Both the position numbers and the translations under genes were made by a program. DNA of 64,000 bases from Raja brachyura (taxonomy: Eukaryota): positions 41,974,001-42,038,000 of the forward strand of contig OY740794.1 in NCBI GenBank assembly GCA_963514005.1, written 5' to 3'. Positions 37,210-49,700 of the stretch are shown one piece after another. The stretch's first letter is position 1. Each line of letters opens with the position of its first letter. Under the pieces are notes generated by a model. It worked only from the letters and a program-made list of their open reading frames with translations, had not been told where the DNA came from and searched no databases.

Positions 37210-37897
37210 AGATAGGCACAGATACAAAATAAAACAGCTCATAGATGAGTGGTGAGTCCATTGAACAAGTCGGTTTATTAGCAATGTACATTGGGAAGCA
37301 GTGAGAGCAAGCCCAAGCTGCTTCAAAATCCCACAGTAGCTGTAGGATTCTTATACCCTCATGACACAATCGTTACCTATGGAGTTGAAATAAACAATCA
37401 TTAATCAATGTCTCCCCAAAGTTATCTTGCGTTTCCTGTTGTTTAGTAATCTCCCTCCCATATATCTAACATGTAGATATCATAAATGTCCAAATTCTCC
37501 TCGCCAAATGGAGTCCCCTCATAAAAGACATTGTTTGTTAACCTTTGGGAGACTTGCTTGCTAAACACAGTGACCAAGAGCAGCTGTAATGCAAGATTGC
37601 AACAGATAAGAACCTAGATAGGACTACAAAGGACTAGTCTGAAGAAGGGTCTCGACCCGAAACGTCACCCATTTCCTTCGCTCCTTAGATGCTGCTGCAC
37701 CCGCTGAGTTTCTCCAGCTTTTTGTGTAACCCTACAAAGGACTATCTGCCCCCTACTGATAAGAAAGCCTGCTTCTCAGCAGAATGTTTCAGCTTTAGCT
37801 ATTTTAACTACATTCTATCTTGGCTATTTTCCCATCATGCTCCCCAGTATGTGAGCTCCAGGGTTAATCAAACTATAACCTATTAATCTTCCTTATA
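37210..37897 (-). mobile_element. Candidate solo LTR
   Basis: On the minus strand TATAA (37351-37355) lies ~75 bp upstream of AATAAA (37274-37279). Ends are one mismatch from TG..CA. Imperfect 6-bp flanks tttctc/attctc. Confidence 0.45.
37637..37731 (+). mobile_element. 95-bp Penelope-derived element with intact minimal hammerhead motif and 13-bp TSD
   Basis: TSD ctacaaaggacta at 37624-37636 and 37732-37744; CTGAAGA-a-GGGTCtcGACCC-GAAAC-GTC at 37639-37666. Confidence 0.88.
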
Positions 37898-38049
37898 ATT
37901 CTCAAAATTCCAGATAACATAGCAAGACAACGTCAGCTATCAGTGAGTTGTGAGATCTGACACATTGCTAGTCTGGACTGGATAATGGTAATGTTTAATG
38001 GTTAAACTTTGTCTTATTGGAAATGGTTTTTGCAAGACACTTGTGAGGC

Positions 38050-38483
38050 ACAAATCAACCTCCCCCTCCATTGACTCAATTTATACCTCACGCTGCCTCG
38101 GTAAAGCCAGCAGCATAATCAAGGACGAGTCGCACCCTGGCCACCCCGTCTTCTCACTCTCCCGTCAGGCAAAAGATATAGAAGTGTGAAAACACTCACC
38201 TCCAGATTCAGGGACTGTTCCTTCCCAACTATATCAGGCAACTGAATCATCCTATCGCAACCAGAGAACAGTGCTGAACTACTATCTACCTCTTTCGTGA
38301 CCCTTGGACTATCCTTGATCAGACTTTGCTGGCTTTACCTTGCACTAAACGTTATTCCCTTATCATGTATCTATACACTGTAATTGGCTCGATTGTAATC
38401 ATGTATTATCTTTCTGCTGACTGGATAGCACACAACAAAAGCTTTTCACTGTACCTCAGTACACGTGACAATAAACTAAACTG
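38050..38483 (+). mobile_element. Rex1-type LINE 3' fragment
   Basis: PSIDSIYTSRCLGKASSIIKDESHPGH; gacaataaactaaact tail. Confidence 0.82.
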
Positions 38484-38679
38484 ATGATAAATTACTGCTT
38501 ATTTACTGCATCTTCAGTAGTTGGCATTGTCTCCCTGGATATGGGCATCTGTGATCAGATTTTGCTGACTGCACTGTCTTCCTTCACCTTATCCTACTGA
38601 CCATGTGCAGCAGGCAAGATCTATGGTCATTTCATAGTAGGGTAGCAGGTGGCTGGGCAGGAATTACCATAACACAGCA

Positions 38680-39035
38680 GTTAAGCTACTGACCTAATAA
38701 TCTAAAATCTGTGACTAATCATCTGGACATGAATTTGAAAATTACTGTGGCACCTGGGAATTTTAAAATCAGTTAATTAAATAAATCTGGACAAAAATGG
38801 TGATCATGGAATTTTCAGACTGTTGTAAAAAAAAACATCTGCTTCATTAATGCTTTTTATGGAAGGACATTTACGTGGTCTGACTTATATGTGATCGTCG
38901 TCCCAAAGACTGTGATTAACCCTTCATTGCTCTCTTAAGTGGGACAACAATCACTTAGTTCAGGGCAATAAAGATTTGGCAATAACTGCAGGCCTTATCA
39001 GGAGCACTTACATCTTATAAAGTAATCTTTTAAAA
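38680..39035 (+). mobile_element. Old tRNA-derived SINE (second family)
   Basis: Similar to 36530-36850; aataaatctgg..ggtgatcatg..gttcagggcaat. Confidence 0.55.
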
Positions 39036-39717
39036 ATGTAAGCAGCCGTAGAGGCTCTCAGAAGTGTCTTTCATTTGTTCTAATAAATATAATCTTATTT
39101 TTAGTGATCCTTCTGGTACCCTCCACAAAGTTCCAAGAGCCCTACAGGTGGAGTTAAGATTTCAGGCACATGTACTTCCAGCAGCATGTGCAGCGGTGAA
39201 GAGTGTTGGTTCCAAGAAAGATCCCTTGAGCACCGTGGACTGCTTGATGGCGTTGACCATGAATGGAAAGTCAGTTGCGGTGCCTATCACTTTAGGAAGA
39301 CCACAGATTATGAAATGTGGCATGTCCATGCTGTTTACAGTTCTTAACTTAAGGAGAAATAGATGAATGTAGAGCCTGAGTCACATCAGATGGAGCTGAT
39401 GTGTGGCAACTCTGAATTATGGTAGATATAGGCTGTCGCTTCCTGAAGGATTAGAAGAGCAGGGCCTCTGTGACCATTATCTCCAAAAGCAAAGAGGTCA
39501 GGGTTGGAGCTTCACCCATTCGTGGCTGATTTCAGTGAGCACCTGCTCTGCAAATGTTAATTCCCTGATTCCTTCCACATATGGTCATAAGGTAATAAGG
39601 ATTAGGAGTAGAATTAGGCCATTCGGCCCATCAAGTCTACTCTGCTATTCAATTATGACTGATCCATCTCTCCCTCTGAACCCCATTCTCCTGCCTTCGC
39701 CTCATAAGCTCTGACAC

Positions 39718-40645
39718 ATCAAAGTCAAAGTCAATTTTATTTGTCACATGTACCCGAAGGTGCAGAGAAATGAATTTGCCAGCAGCAATACACTTAAAAA
39801 GAACACACAATACACAATAAAATTTAACACAAACATCCACCACAGCATTCTTCACTGTGGTGGAAGTCAACAAAGTTCAGCCAGTCCTCCTCCTTTGTTC
39901 ATCCGTGGTCTGGGCCATAAACCCTCCGTAGTTACTGCTACGGACGGCCTGATGTACAGGCCCTCTTATCGGGATGATCAAAACTCCGACTTTGGGACGG
40001 TCAAACACACTCTGCAGCTTGCAGTGCCCTAATTGGCACTTTCCTACCAGAGTCCGTGGCTTAAGGATGTTATAGGTCACAGGCCGGCAGTCGGAGCTCT
40101 TCTCCAGCGTTCCCCGGCGAGGAATCCCAGGTTCCGGATGGTAAGTATATGCCATGCCCGTGGCTAGAAGCTCCGCAGACCGTGGCTTCAGGATGTTATA
40201 GGCCGCTGTCCGGCGGTCGGAGCTCTTCTCTGGTGATCCCCGGCAAGGGATCCCAGGCTCCGGTTGGCAAGTCCACGCCCCGCCCGCGGCTAGAACCTCC
40301 GCAGACCACAGCCCCACAATGTCAATGTCACTAGGCCAGCGATCGGAGCACTCCTCTCTGGCGACCCCCGGCAAGGGTTCGCCAGCTCCACGATGGAAAA
40401 GTCCACCCTGCGCCCGCCGCTCCAATTCATGGTGTTAGGCCACGACAGAGGCGACATGGAAAAAGTCGCCTCTCTGTCGAGGAGGTGACCGAAAGCGGTT
40501 CCCCCCTTTGCCCTCCACACCACCCCCCACACAAGATACACCAAGAGACACCCAAACTAACACTAGACACACAAAAACCCCTTCAAAAATTTGAAATAAC
40601 GAACACGCTGCTGGCAGGGCAGCCGACTCGCAGCGCCCCCACCAA
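39718..40645 (-). mobile_element. Family A GC-rich non-autonomous element with ~126-bp internal tandem units
   Basis: (ctttga)n tail, gacaaataaa, units starting at ~40054 and ~40180 plus a third partial unit; head shared with 7691-8348. Confidence 0.75.
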
Positions 40646-41939
40646 CCAAATTACTACTGTACAGAAAACAAGGAGATAGGAAGGCTGCCCTCATGACCTT
40701 TGGGATAAGCCCTCGTGACCTTTGCCTCCTCCTTTGATCTACTACGACATAGAAGTGATGCATTTAAACCCTCCCCTCCTGCACTCAGTTAGTTGTACTG
40801 GAGTCTCAGAGGGAACGGCACTGCAACATTCATCTCACTACAAAAATTGTCTGCAGACTTCACCTCAGTAATCAGAGAAAAGAAAAATGCTTTGATCCTG
40901 ACAGTTTTACTCCGGTATTCAGCTATATAAAGCACCTATATAAAGAGGTCCTTCAGTGGACCCAGCCAGCATGCAATCACTTAAGGATCTTTAAAACAAA
41001 ACAAGTATGGAATTTCTTATTATTCTCTCACGACTTCCTTTGCATTGCCCGACCTGCTCTGTGATTTAGCCACATTCCCCTCTTGGCTCCCCATAGTGCT
41101 GCAAAGTTCTTTTCTCAGGTTTATCCAAGTCTTCTCCAAAAGTTATCGTTTAATAAGTTATGGGGTGAAGGCAGGAGAATGGGGCTGTGAGGGAAAGATA
41201 GATCAGCCATGATTGAATGGGGGAGTAGACTCGATGAGCCGAATTACTTAATTCTGCTCCAATTACTTATGAACTTATGAATCGGCCTCCACTACCTTCT
41301 CAGTTGCAGCATCTCACTGTCATAGAGGCAAAGAGAGATACAGCAAGAAAACAGGCCCTTCAGCCCACTGAGCGTGCTCCACCCACATGGTAATAGTTTT
41401 CCCAGTCTCACCTCTGGATCATGTGCCAATCACTGTAAATCCATGTCCTTTGACAACCAATTTTTCTGTCAGTGAAAGCAGCGTCTCCTTATTTAACCTC
41501 TCAAAGATGTTCATGGGCATAAACATCACATTCAAATTGTCTCTAAATCTGCCCTAAAGTGTAATGAGGATTGCTTGGGGATTGCCTGAGCCATGTATGT
41601 GCAATGCCCAGGGACCTTCACGATATGATCTTACACCAGTGCAAAGTGTTCTATAATACACTAATTATGTTTCAAGAATGTAGCTCATCACCACTTTCAT
41701 AGACAGAATGACGGATGGATGATAAGTCCCACTCTTACAGGAATCCTTTCATCCTGTCGATAACTTATTAAAATAAAATCACGCTGTGAAATGCCTTCTG
41801 CTAAAGGTGACTTATGAACACAAATTATTTTGTCAGCTTACCTCGTTGGAGATGTGCTAAGTGGTCAGTTTGCAGACATAAACTGTATAATTAGCAACAG
41901 TCACATCCTAACCTTTCACCAAGTGATTATAACCGTATT

Positions 41940-42072
41940 GTGTAGGAAGGAACTGCAGATGCTGGTTTAAACCGAAGATAGACAGAAAAAGCTGGAGTAA
42001 CTCAGCAGTTCAGACAGCATCTCTGGAGGAAAGGAATAGGAGACGTTTTGGGTCAAGACCCTTTTTCAGGCT
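41940..42072 (-). mobile_element. Penelope-derived short element
   Basis: tgtaggaaggaactgcagatgctgg...gacgttttgggtcaagaccctttttcag. Confidence 0.78.
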
Positions 42073-42112
42073 GTTAAAAATGTATTTAATAAGCTCCGTC
42101 CTCCAGCAGCAG

Positions 42113-42435
42113 GCACAGTGGCGTGGTGGTAGAGCTGCTGTCTCATAGCGCTAGAGACCCAGGTTCGATCCTGACTATGGATGCTGTCTGTGCGGAGTTT
42201 GCACGTTCTCCCTGTAACCGCATGGAGTGTTTTTAGGCTGCTCCGGTTTCCTTTCATCCTCCCACATCCCAAAGACACGTAGGTTTGCAGGTTAATTGGC
42301 TTCTGTAAATTGCCCTTAATGTGTAAGATGCAAAACTGGGATAGCATAGAACTAGTGTACGGGTGATCGATGGTCGGCGGGGACCCGGTGGGCCAAAGGG
42401 CCTGTTTCCATGCTGTATCTCTAAACATAAAACTA
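42113..42435 (+). mobile_element. Full-length V-domain (HE1-like) SINE
   Basis: A-box-like tggcgtggtgg, B-box ggttcgatcc, V-domain, CR1-like tail. Confidence 0.88.
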
Positions 42436-42569
42436 CAACTAAAAGGAGCTAGAGCACAAACACCAGAGGTTGTTCTGTCATATGTAAGAAGGAACTGCTG
42501 ATGCTGATTTGAACCGAAGATAGATAGAAAAACACTAGAAGGGTCTCGACCCAGAAATGTCACAAATTC

Positions 42570-43252
42570 CTTTTTATATTTTTGGTGTTTTGCTTATGTC
42601 TGTTTTAGTTTAGTTAGTTTATTAAATTGTGTAAGTGTTGGGAGGGGGGGGTGGGAGAAACAGGGTTTAGTCTCTTCCTTCGGGGGGGAGACAACCTTTT
42701 CTTGTCGTGTCCCCTGTCTCCGTCTGCGCTGTGGCCTAATGGCGGAGCTGACGGCCTCGGGGCCTCGGAGCTGACGGCCTCGGGCGGCGTTCGCGGGAGC
42801 GACAGTTCCGGCAGCGGCAGTGGCCTAACTTGGATCTGTGGCGGCACTCCGGCGTTCCGGTAGCGGCAGCGGCCCGACTTGGAGCTGGGGCCCGGCTTGG
42901 AGCTGTGGCGGCACTCCGGCGTTCCGGCAGCGGCAGCGGCCCGACTTGGAGCTGAGGCCTGACTTTGGAGCTGTGGCAGTGTTCTGGCGTTTCGGTGGCG
43001 GTGGAGGCGCGGGCCCAGTGGACGACATCGTCGGGAGCTCGCAAGTCACAGGTTGGTGACCTGTTTTCTGGAGCTTCCGCAACAATAGTTGCGTCCGCTG
43101 GACTGGAGGGCGGCAGCTTCGGTAGCTTTGACCGCCCCAGGCCGCGGAGTTTGAATCGGCCCGTTCGCGGAGCTGGATTCAGCCACGGGACTGACTCACT
43201 TACCAACACCCGTCGTGGTCACAATAAAGGTAAATCTGAAATCTGAATCTGA
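42570..43252 (+). mobile_element. Family B GC-rich non-autonomous element with internal short tandem units
   Basis: Homologous to 50725-51550 (tagtctcttccttcggggg, gggcccagtggacgac); repeated cagcggcagcggcccgacttggagctg; caataaagg plus (atctga)n tail. Confidence 0.7.
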
Positions 43253-43974
43253 AGTACCCTGGTCTGATTGTGTCTATATTTTGTTTTATCATATCCCTGG
43301 ACACACTTTGCCCTAAAAATAGAACAGATTCAACAGGAGTCACCAAAGGGTTGTACACAATCAGGATAAAGTGACCGTGAGCAACCCTTAACATTGACTT
43401 CAGAGCCCATGAAATCTCACAATATCAGGTCAAACATGGGCAAGGGAACACCTGCTGAATAACAAGCTCCATCCTCCAATAGCAGATGAATCAGTATTGA
43501 CCACCACTTGGAAAAAGCAATAAGGGGAGCAAAAAACACAGTGTAACCTGATCAATATCCATCAGCCAGAAGGCTCGGAGACATCTTTCTTGACCAGCCA
43601 GCGGAATCCTTAAGGGCACAGCTATTAAACTGAGCCAGCAGCAGGTGCTGAGAATCAAGATGAGGAAAGATTTATTCTCAAAAATCGACCTGTCAGAAAT
43701 ATCATCGGTATATGTGATAGGGAGGAGACCATTTGACCCATCTGTCCTTGACTGTGCTGGTGGGTGCTACACCATACAGGCATTGGGCATTTTCCCAGGA
43801 AGATCATTATTTTACACCAGACATTTATCCCCAATGAATATCCTCTCTAAATACCTCTGTGTTGCTCCCCCTAAAAAAAAGCAATCCCCCCTGCTTTCTT
43901 TTCTCTATCGCTCCTGCAGCTTTTTATTTGGGAACACCAAGCTGTCAGTCCCATCACTCCATCAGCCACGTTTC

Positions 43975-44880
43975 TCTTTATAACTATAATGTCCCAGTCC
44001 CATGTGCCTAACATGTCAGCTTAATCCATCGGTCTTCCCTTGCTCCCGACTGCACTCTTGACTGTCCTGTTCATTGAACTCATTCTCTTTAACATCTGTA
44101 TTTATCTCAACCTTCCATCTGCCACACTGCTGCTCTTCCTCCCGCCCCAACCTCCCAAGTAGTTCTACAAATCTCTCTAAAATGATATTGGTTCCCCTCC
44201 ACTTCAGGTGTAACCATCCCTCTTGCACAGGTCGCCTCTGCCTCAGAACAAATCCTCATGGTCCAATAATCTGAATCCCTGCCCCCTGCACCAGCTTCTC
44301 AGCCACACGTTCATCTGCCACAACCTCCTATTCCTGCTCTCACATTAAGTATTTTAGAGAAAGCTACAAAGGTACTGCTTTGTAATCTCATGCCTAGTCC
44401 CTATATTCACTCTCAGAGGGCCTCATTCCTATTCTACCAATGCTGCGTCACATCCAGCCTAACGAGACACTATTTTTGTGCTTTTTACTTAAATTCATAG
44501 AGAATTATAGCACAGAAACAAGCCTTTCAGACCAATTCATTCATGCAAACTGAGATACCCACTTGAACCGTGTGGGTGTCATCTTATGTTGGTAACTTGT
44601 ATGTTGGTGTCATCTGCAAACTTACTAACCAGGTCTTGTATATTCTCATCCAAATCATTTAAGTAAATCATGCACAACCATTATTCACAAGACTCTCTTG
44701 TTCTTACCCATCAAGCCAATTAAGCATTCAATTAATTACCTATCCCTGGATCCCGTGCGATATAACCTTCCAAACTAGTCTACTATGCAGGACCACATCA
44801 TACGCCTTGCTAAAAATCATGTAGACATCGTCATCATCCTGCCCTCATCAATCTTCTTAGTTATCACTTCAAAAAATTTG
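43975..44880 (-). mobile_element. Old CR1 fragments (ORF1 esterase end, RT piece)
   Basis: EGWLHLKWRGTNI; SKFADDTN (ttggtgtcatctgcaaactt at ~44604). Confidence 0.65.
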
Positions 44881-45986
44881 TAAGAAATTGTATCATTTTG
44901 TTTCTTTATTTCATTTTTCTTAAATATGTGACAAAATCTTTTTTTAATTACTTTCAAAATTCATTCCCGAGGTGCATTAACTTTCTGAATTGAAATTGTC
45001 TATAACAATTAGAAACTATCGCAGGATTTATCTTCATTATTTCTTCAACAAAATCAATCCATCATCTAATTACAGACAATTTTCATTTTTCATCCCATTT
45101 GTACTCAGTCTTTTCCTGATCCAGCCTTCCTCCTCACCATTACATCATGGACCAGGACATCCCACACACAAATGGGTTTAGGGAGTAATTTGTATGAGAA
45201 GATTGAAAACTACATGCAGCATTCTCACAGAAAAATGAATCGAAATATAAATTCTGTATGGTTGACTTTTATCGGCAGCATAACATTTTATTGGTGCAAA
45301 GTAACAAAAAATAACAATTTTGCAAGTAGACCTTTGGGATGAAAAGATGGGCTGAAATAAAGTACACCAAAATTTCACACACTACTCATTTTGCTTAGAA
45401 CCTTTTCATTTGGGGCCGTATGGAATGCTTTGTTCTCTATCTACCCAGCTAATTATATTGCCTTACATTAAATCGTATTTACTCTGCCAAAGTAAATCAG
45501 GAGTTTGGAAGTTTCCTGTTAACTGTTCCTTAATAAAGCATTCCAATATTTCCTAAATAATTTACATTTAGTTAATTGACCTTTATGTCACCATTTTCCT
45601 TCCCATTTCTCTCCTTCCGCAACAGCAGTATTAGATTTGCTACTTTCCAATCCCTTGCAACTGGTCCAAAATCTAGTGAATTCTTAAAGATCACAACCAT
45701 GGCGTGTAATATCTTTGCAAACACCATTTTAAAACCCTAGGACACAGGGTAACAGTACAGGAAATTGTATCTTTTAATCCTGTTAATTTCTTCAGTATTT
45801 TTTTCTTCACTAATGAATGTTTCTTTGCTCCCTTGAGTCCAGAAATTCAAATATTTACTGTTTGTTTTTCATCACAACATGTGGGAAAGTAAATGCTATT
45901 TTCTGTAGACCATGATTACCACCTATTCTAGATCAGTTCATGCTACTTTAGAACCTTATCTGTTGTTAAACACTATTGCATATCTA

Positions 45987-46082
45987 CCCGCCAGCCCACT
46001 CCCCTGACATCAGTCTGACATCAACCCGAACTCCAGAGATGCGCCTGTCCCGCTGAGTTACTCCAGCATTTTGTGTCTACCT
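45987..46082 (+). mobile_element. Penelope-derived short element, hammerhead deleted, 11-bp TSD
   Basis: TSD ttgcatatcta at 45976-45986 and 46083-46093. Confidence 0.75.
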
Positions 46083-46357
46083 TTGCATATCTATGCAACA
46101 GTCACACCTCAAAAAAAAGTTATCCTCTAATCATTACCAAAATATTGGTGTGATTTAAATTCTCATGCAGAGAAATTTGTAATAGGATTTCACAGATGCC
46201 AATCTTCTTAACCTGATTGAGACTTCAAATTCTCCCTGCAAAAACCAGACGATCACATCCAAGGATGCTGATTTCCAGCCAGTTAAGTAGAAATGGTAGT
46301 AAAGGTGTACAGTATACGTGTTAATTAGTTGCTGCATTGATTGTAAAAGTGGGCAAG

Positions 46358-46674
46358 TTTAGTTTATGTTAGTTTAGAGATACAGTGCAGAAACAGGCCC
46401 TTCGGCCCACCAAGTCCACACAGACCAGCGATCCCTGCACATTAACACTACCCTACACACATTGGGGACAATTTTACATTCAAACCAAGCCAATTAACCT
46501 ACAAACCTGTAGGCCTTTGGAGTGCGGGAGGAAACCGAAGATCTTGGAGAAAACTCACGCAGATCACGGGGAGAACGTACAAACTCCATACAGTCAAGCA
46601 CCCATGGTCAGGATTGAACCCTGGTCTCTGGCACTGTAAGGCAGTAGCTCTATTACTGCTCCACTGTGCCGCCC
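46358..46674 (-). mobile_element. Full-length V-domain SINE
   Basis: Reverse complement of the 42113-42435 family. Confidence 0.88.
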
Positions 46675-46770
46675 AAAGTTGTAGCTGTATAAATTTGGTT
46701 TGGCCAAGATTCCTTCACTACCTCCCTGATGTAATTCCATGTTATGAGTGACACCTCTCTCTTAATGTTT

Positions 46771-49700
46771 TAGAAACATAGAAACATAGAAAAATAGGTG
46801 CAGGAGTAGGCCATTCAGCCCTTCGAGCCTGCACCGCCATTCAATATGATCATGGCTGATTGTCCAACTCAGTATCCCGTACCTGCCTTCTCTCCATACC
46901 CCCTGATCCCTTTACCCACAAGAGCCACATCCAACTCCCTCTTGAATATAGCCAATGAACTTGCCTCAACGACCTTCTGTGTCAGAGAATTCCAGAGACT
47001 CACCACTCTCTGTGTAAAGAATGTTTTCCTCATCTCGGTCCTAAAGGAATTTCCCCTTATCTGCCCATCTGCCCATTTACTCAGTCTACCAAATCACCCC
47101 GCAGCCTCCCAGCATCCTCCTCACACCTAATTATACCCCCCAGCTTGGTGTCATCTGCAAATTTGGAGATGTTGCATTCAATTCCCTCGTCCATATCATT
47201 AATGTATATAGTAAATAGATGGGGTCCCAGCACTGAGCCTAGCGGTACCCCACTGCTCACTGCCTGCCATTCTGAAAAGGACCCATTTACTCCTACCCTT
47301 TGCTTCCTGTCTGCCAGCCAGTTCTCTATCCACATCAATATTGAACCACCAATACCGTGTTTTTTAAGTTTATACACTAATCTCTTATGTGGGACCTTGT
47401 CGAAATCCTTCTGAAAGTCCAGATATAACACATCCACTGGTTCTCCCTTATCCACTCTACTCAGTTACATCCTCGAAAAATTCTAGAAGATTCGCCAGAC
47501 ATGATTTATCTTTTGTAAATCCATGCTGACTTTGTCCAATGATTTCACCACTTTCCAAATGCGCTGCTATCCCATCTTTTATAACTGACTCTAGCAGTTT
47601 CCCCACTACCAATGTTAGACTAACTGGTCTGTAATTCCCCACTTTCTCTCTCCCTCCTTTTTTAAAAAGTGGGGTTACATTAGCTATCCTCCAATCCTCA
47701 GGAACTACTTTGAAAAAGTATCACTAATGCATCCACTATTTCTGTGGCTACCTCCTTGAGCACTCTGGGATGCAGACCATCTGGCCCTGGGGATTTATCG
47801 GCCTTTAATCTGTTCAATTTACCCAACACCACTTCCCGGCTAACCTGGATTTCACTCAGTTCCGCCATCTTATTTGATCTCCGGTCCCCTGCTATTTCCG
47901 GCAGATTATTTATGTCTTCCTTAGTGAAGACAGAACCAAAGTAGTTATTCAATTGATCTGCCATGTCCTTATTCCCCATGATCACCTGCTTCTGACTGCA
48001 AGGGACCAACATTTGTTCTAACTAGTCTCTTTCTCTTCAAATATCTATAAAAACTTTTGCAGTCAGTTTTTATGTTCCCTGCCAGTTACCTTTCGTAATC
48101 TATTTTCCCTTTCCTAATTAAGCCCTTTGTCCTCCTCTGCTGGATTCTGAATTTCTCCCAGTCCTCTCGTAGGCTGCTTTTTTTGGCCAATTTGTATGCC
48201 TCATCTTTAGTTTTTATACTATCCCTGATATCCCTCGTTATCCACGGATGCACCACCTTCCCTGATTTATTCTTTTGCCAAACTGGTATGAACAATTGTT
48301 GTAGTTCATCCATGCAGTCTTTAAATACCTACTATTGCACATCCACTGTCAACCTTTAAGACTCACCTGGCAGTCTACCTTGGCCAATTCACGGCTCATA
48401 CCTTCAAAGTTACCTTTGTTTAAGTTCAGAACCCTTGTTTCTGACTTAATTATGTCACTCTCCATCCTAATGAAGAACTCAATCATATTATGGTAACTCT
48501 TGCCCAAAGGGCCACGCACAACAAGACTGCTAACTAACCCTTCCTCATTACTCAATACCTAGTCTAGAATAGCCTGCTCTCTCGTTGGTTCCGCCACATG
48601 CTGGTTTAGAAAACTATCCCGCATACATTCCAAGAAATCGTCTTCCTCGGCACCCCTGCCAATTTGATTCACCCAATCTATATGCAGATTAAAGTCACCC
48701 ATTATAACTGTGTTACCATTGTTGCACGCACTTCTAATTTCCTGTTTGATGCCATCCCCAACTCCAATACTACTGTTAGGTGGCCTGTACACAACTCCCA
48801 CTAGCGTTTTCTGCCCCTTAGAGTTTCGCAGCTCTACCCATATCGATTCCACATCCTCCATGCTAATGTACTTCCTTTCTATTGCATTAATCTCCTCTCT
48901 CACCAGCAACGCTACCCCACCTCCTTTTCCTTTCCATCTATCCCTCCTGAATATTGTATATCCCTGGATGTTCAGCTCCCAGCCTTGGTTACCCTGGAGC
49001 CATGACTCCGTGATCCCAACTATAGCATTATCATTAATAGCTATCTGCACCTTCAACCCATCCACCTTATTACGAATGCTCCTCGCATTGAAACACAAAG
49101 CCTTCAGGCTTGTTTTTAACAACACTTTTACTCTTTATACAATTATGTTAACAAGTGGCCCCTTTTGATTTTTTTCCTGGATTTGTCTGCCAGCCACTAT
49201 TAATTTTCACCTTGCTACCACTTGCTTCTATTGCCATTTTATACCCCTCTTTCTCTCTGCTCACACCTTTAAGACACCCACCACCTCTTATTCTCTGTTT
49301 ATTATTTTTTTCTTCTTCCCCCCATACATGTTGGGTCTGAGTGCTTCCCTTCTCTGCCTCCTGCCTCAGACACCGTGTCCTAGCTATCTCTATCTGAGTC
49401 CCTCCCCCCAACCTATCTAGTTTAAAGTCCCCCCAGTGGTCTTTGCAAATTTCCCCGCCAAGTTACTGGTCCCCCTTGGGTTCAAGTGCAACCCGTCCTT
49501 TTTATACAGGTCACTCCTTCCCCGAAAGAGGTTCCAATGATCCAGAAACTTGAATCCCTGCCCTCCACACCAGTCCTTCAGCCACGCGTTTATCCTCCAC
49601 CTTGCTCCATTCCTACTCTCAATGTCGCGTGGCACAGGAAGTAGTCCTGAGATTGTTATCTTTGTGGTCCTTTTCCATAGCTCTCTTCCTAACTCCCTAA

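Noticed and set aside
40590-40645. HDV-like ribozyme at the family A head
   Set aside because: P1- and P3-like stems can be drawn, but I could not find P2, P1.1 or the J4/2 catalytic C, and the 8384 copy does not keep P1.
41838-41900. 41-nt minus-strand micro-exon (ctaat..ag / gtaagc)
   Set aside because: Splice signals are plausible but the only open frame (LCLQTDHLAHLQR) is unrecognised and no partner exons were found.
42614-43246. Overlapping Pro/Ala/Arg-rich ORFs (also 7736-8886, 39877-40425, 51021-51362)
   Set aside because: Stop-poor GC-rich repeat DNA that is open in several frames on both strands, with no domain motifs.
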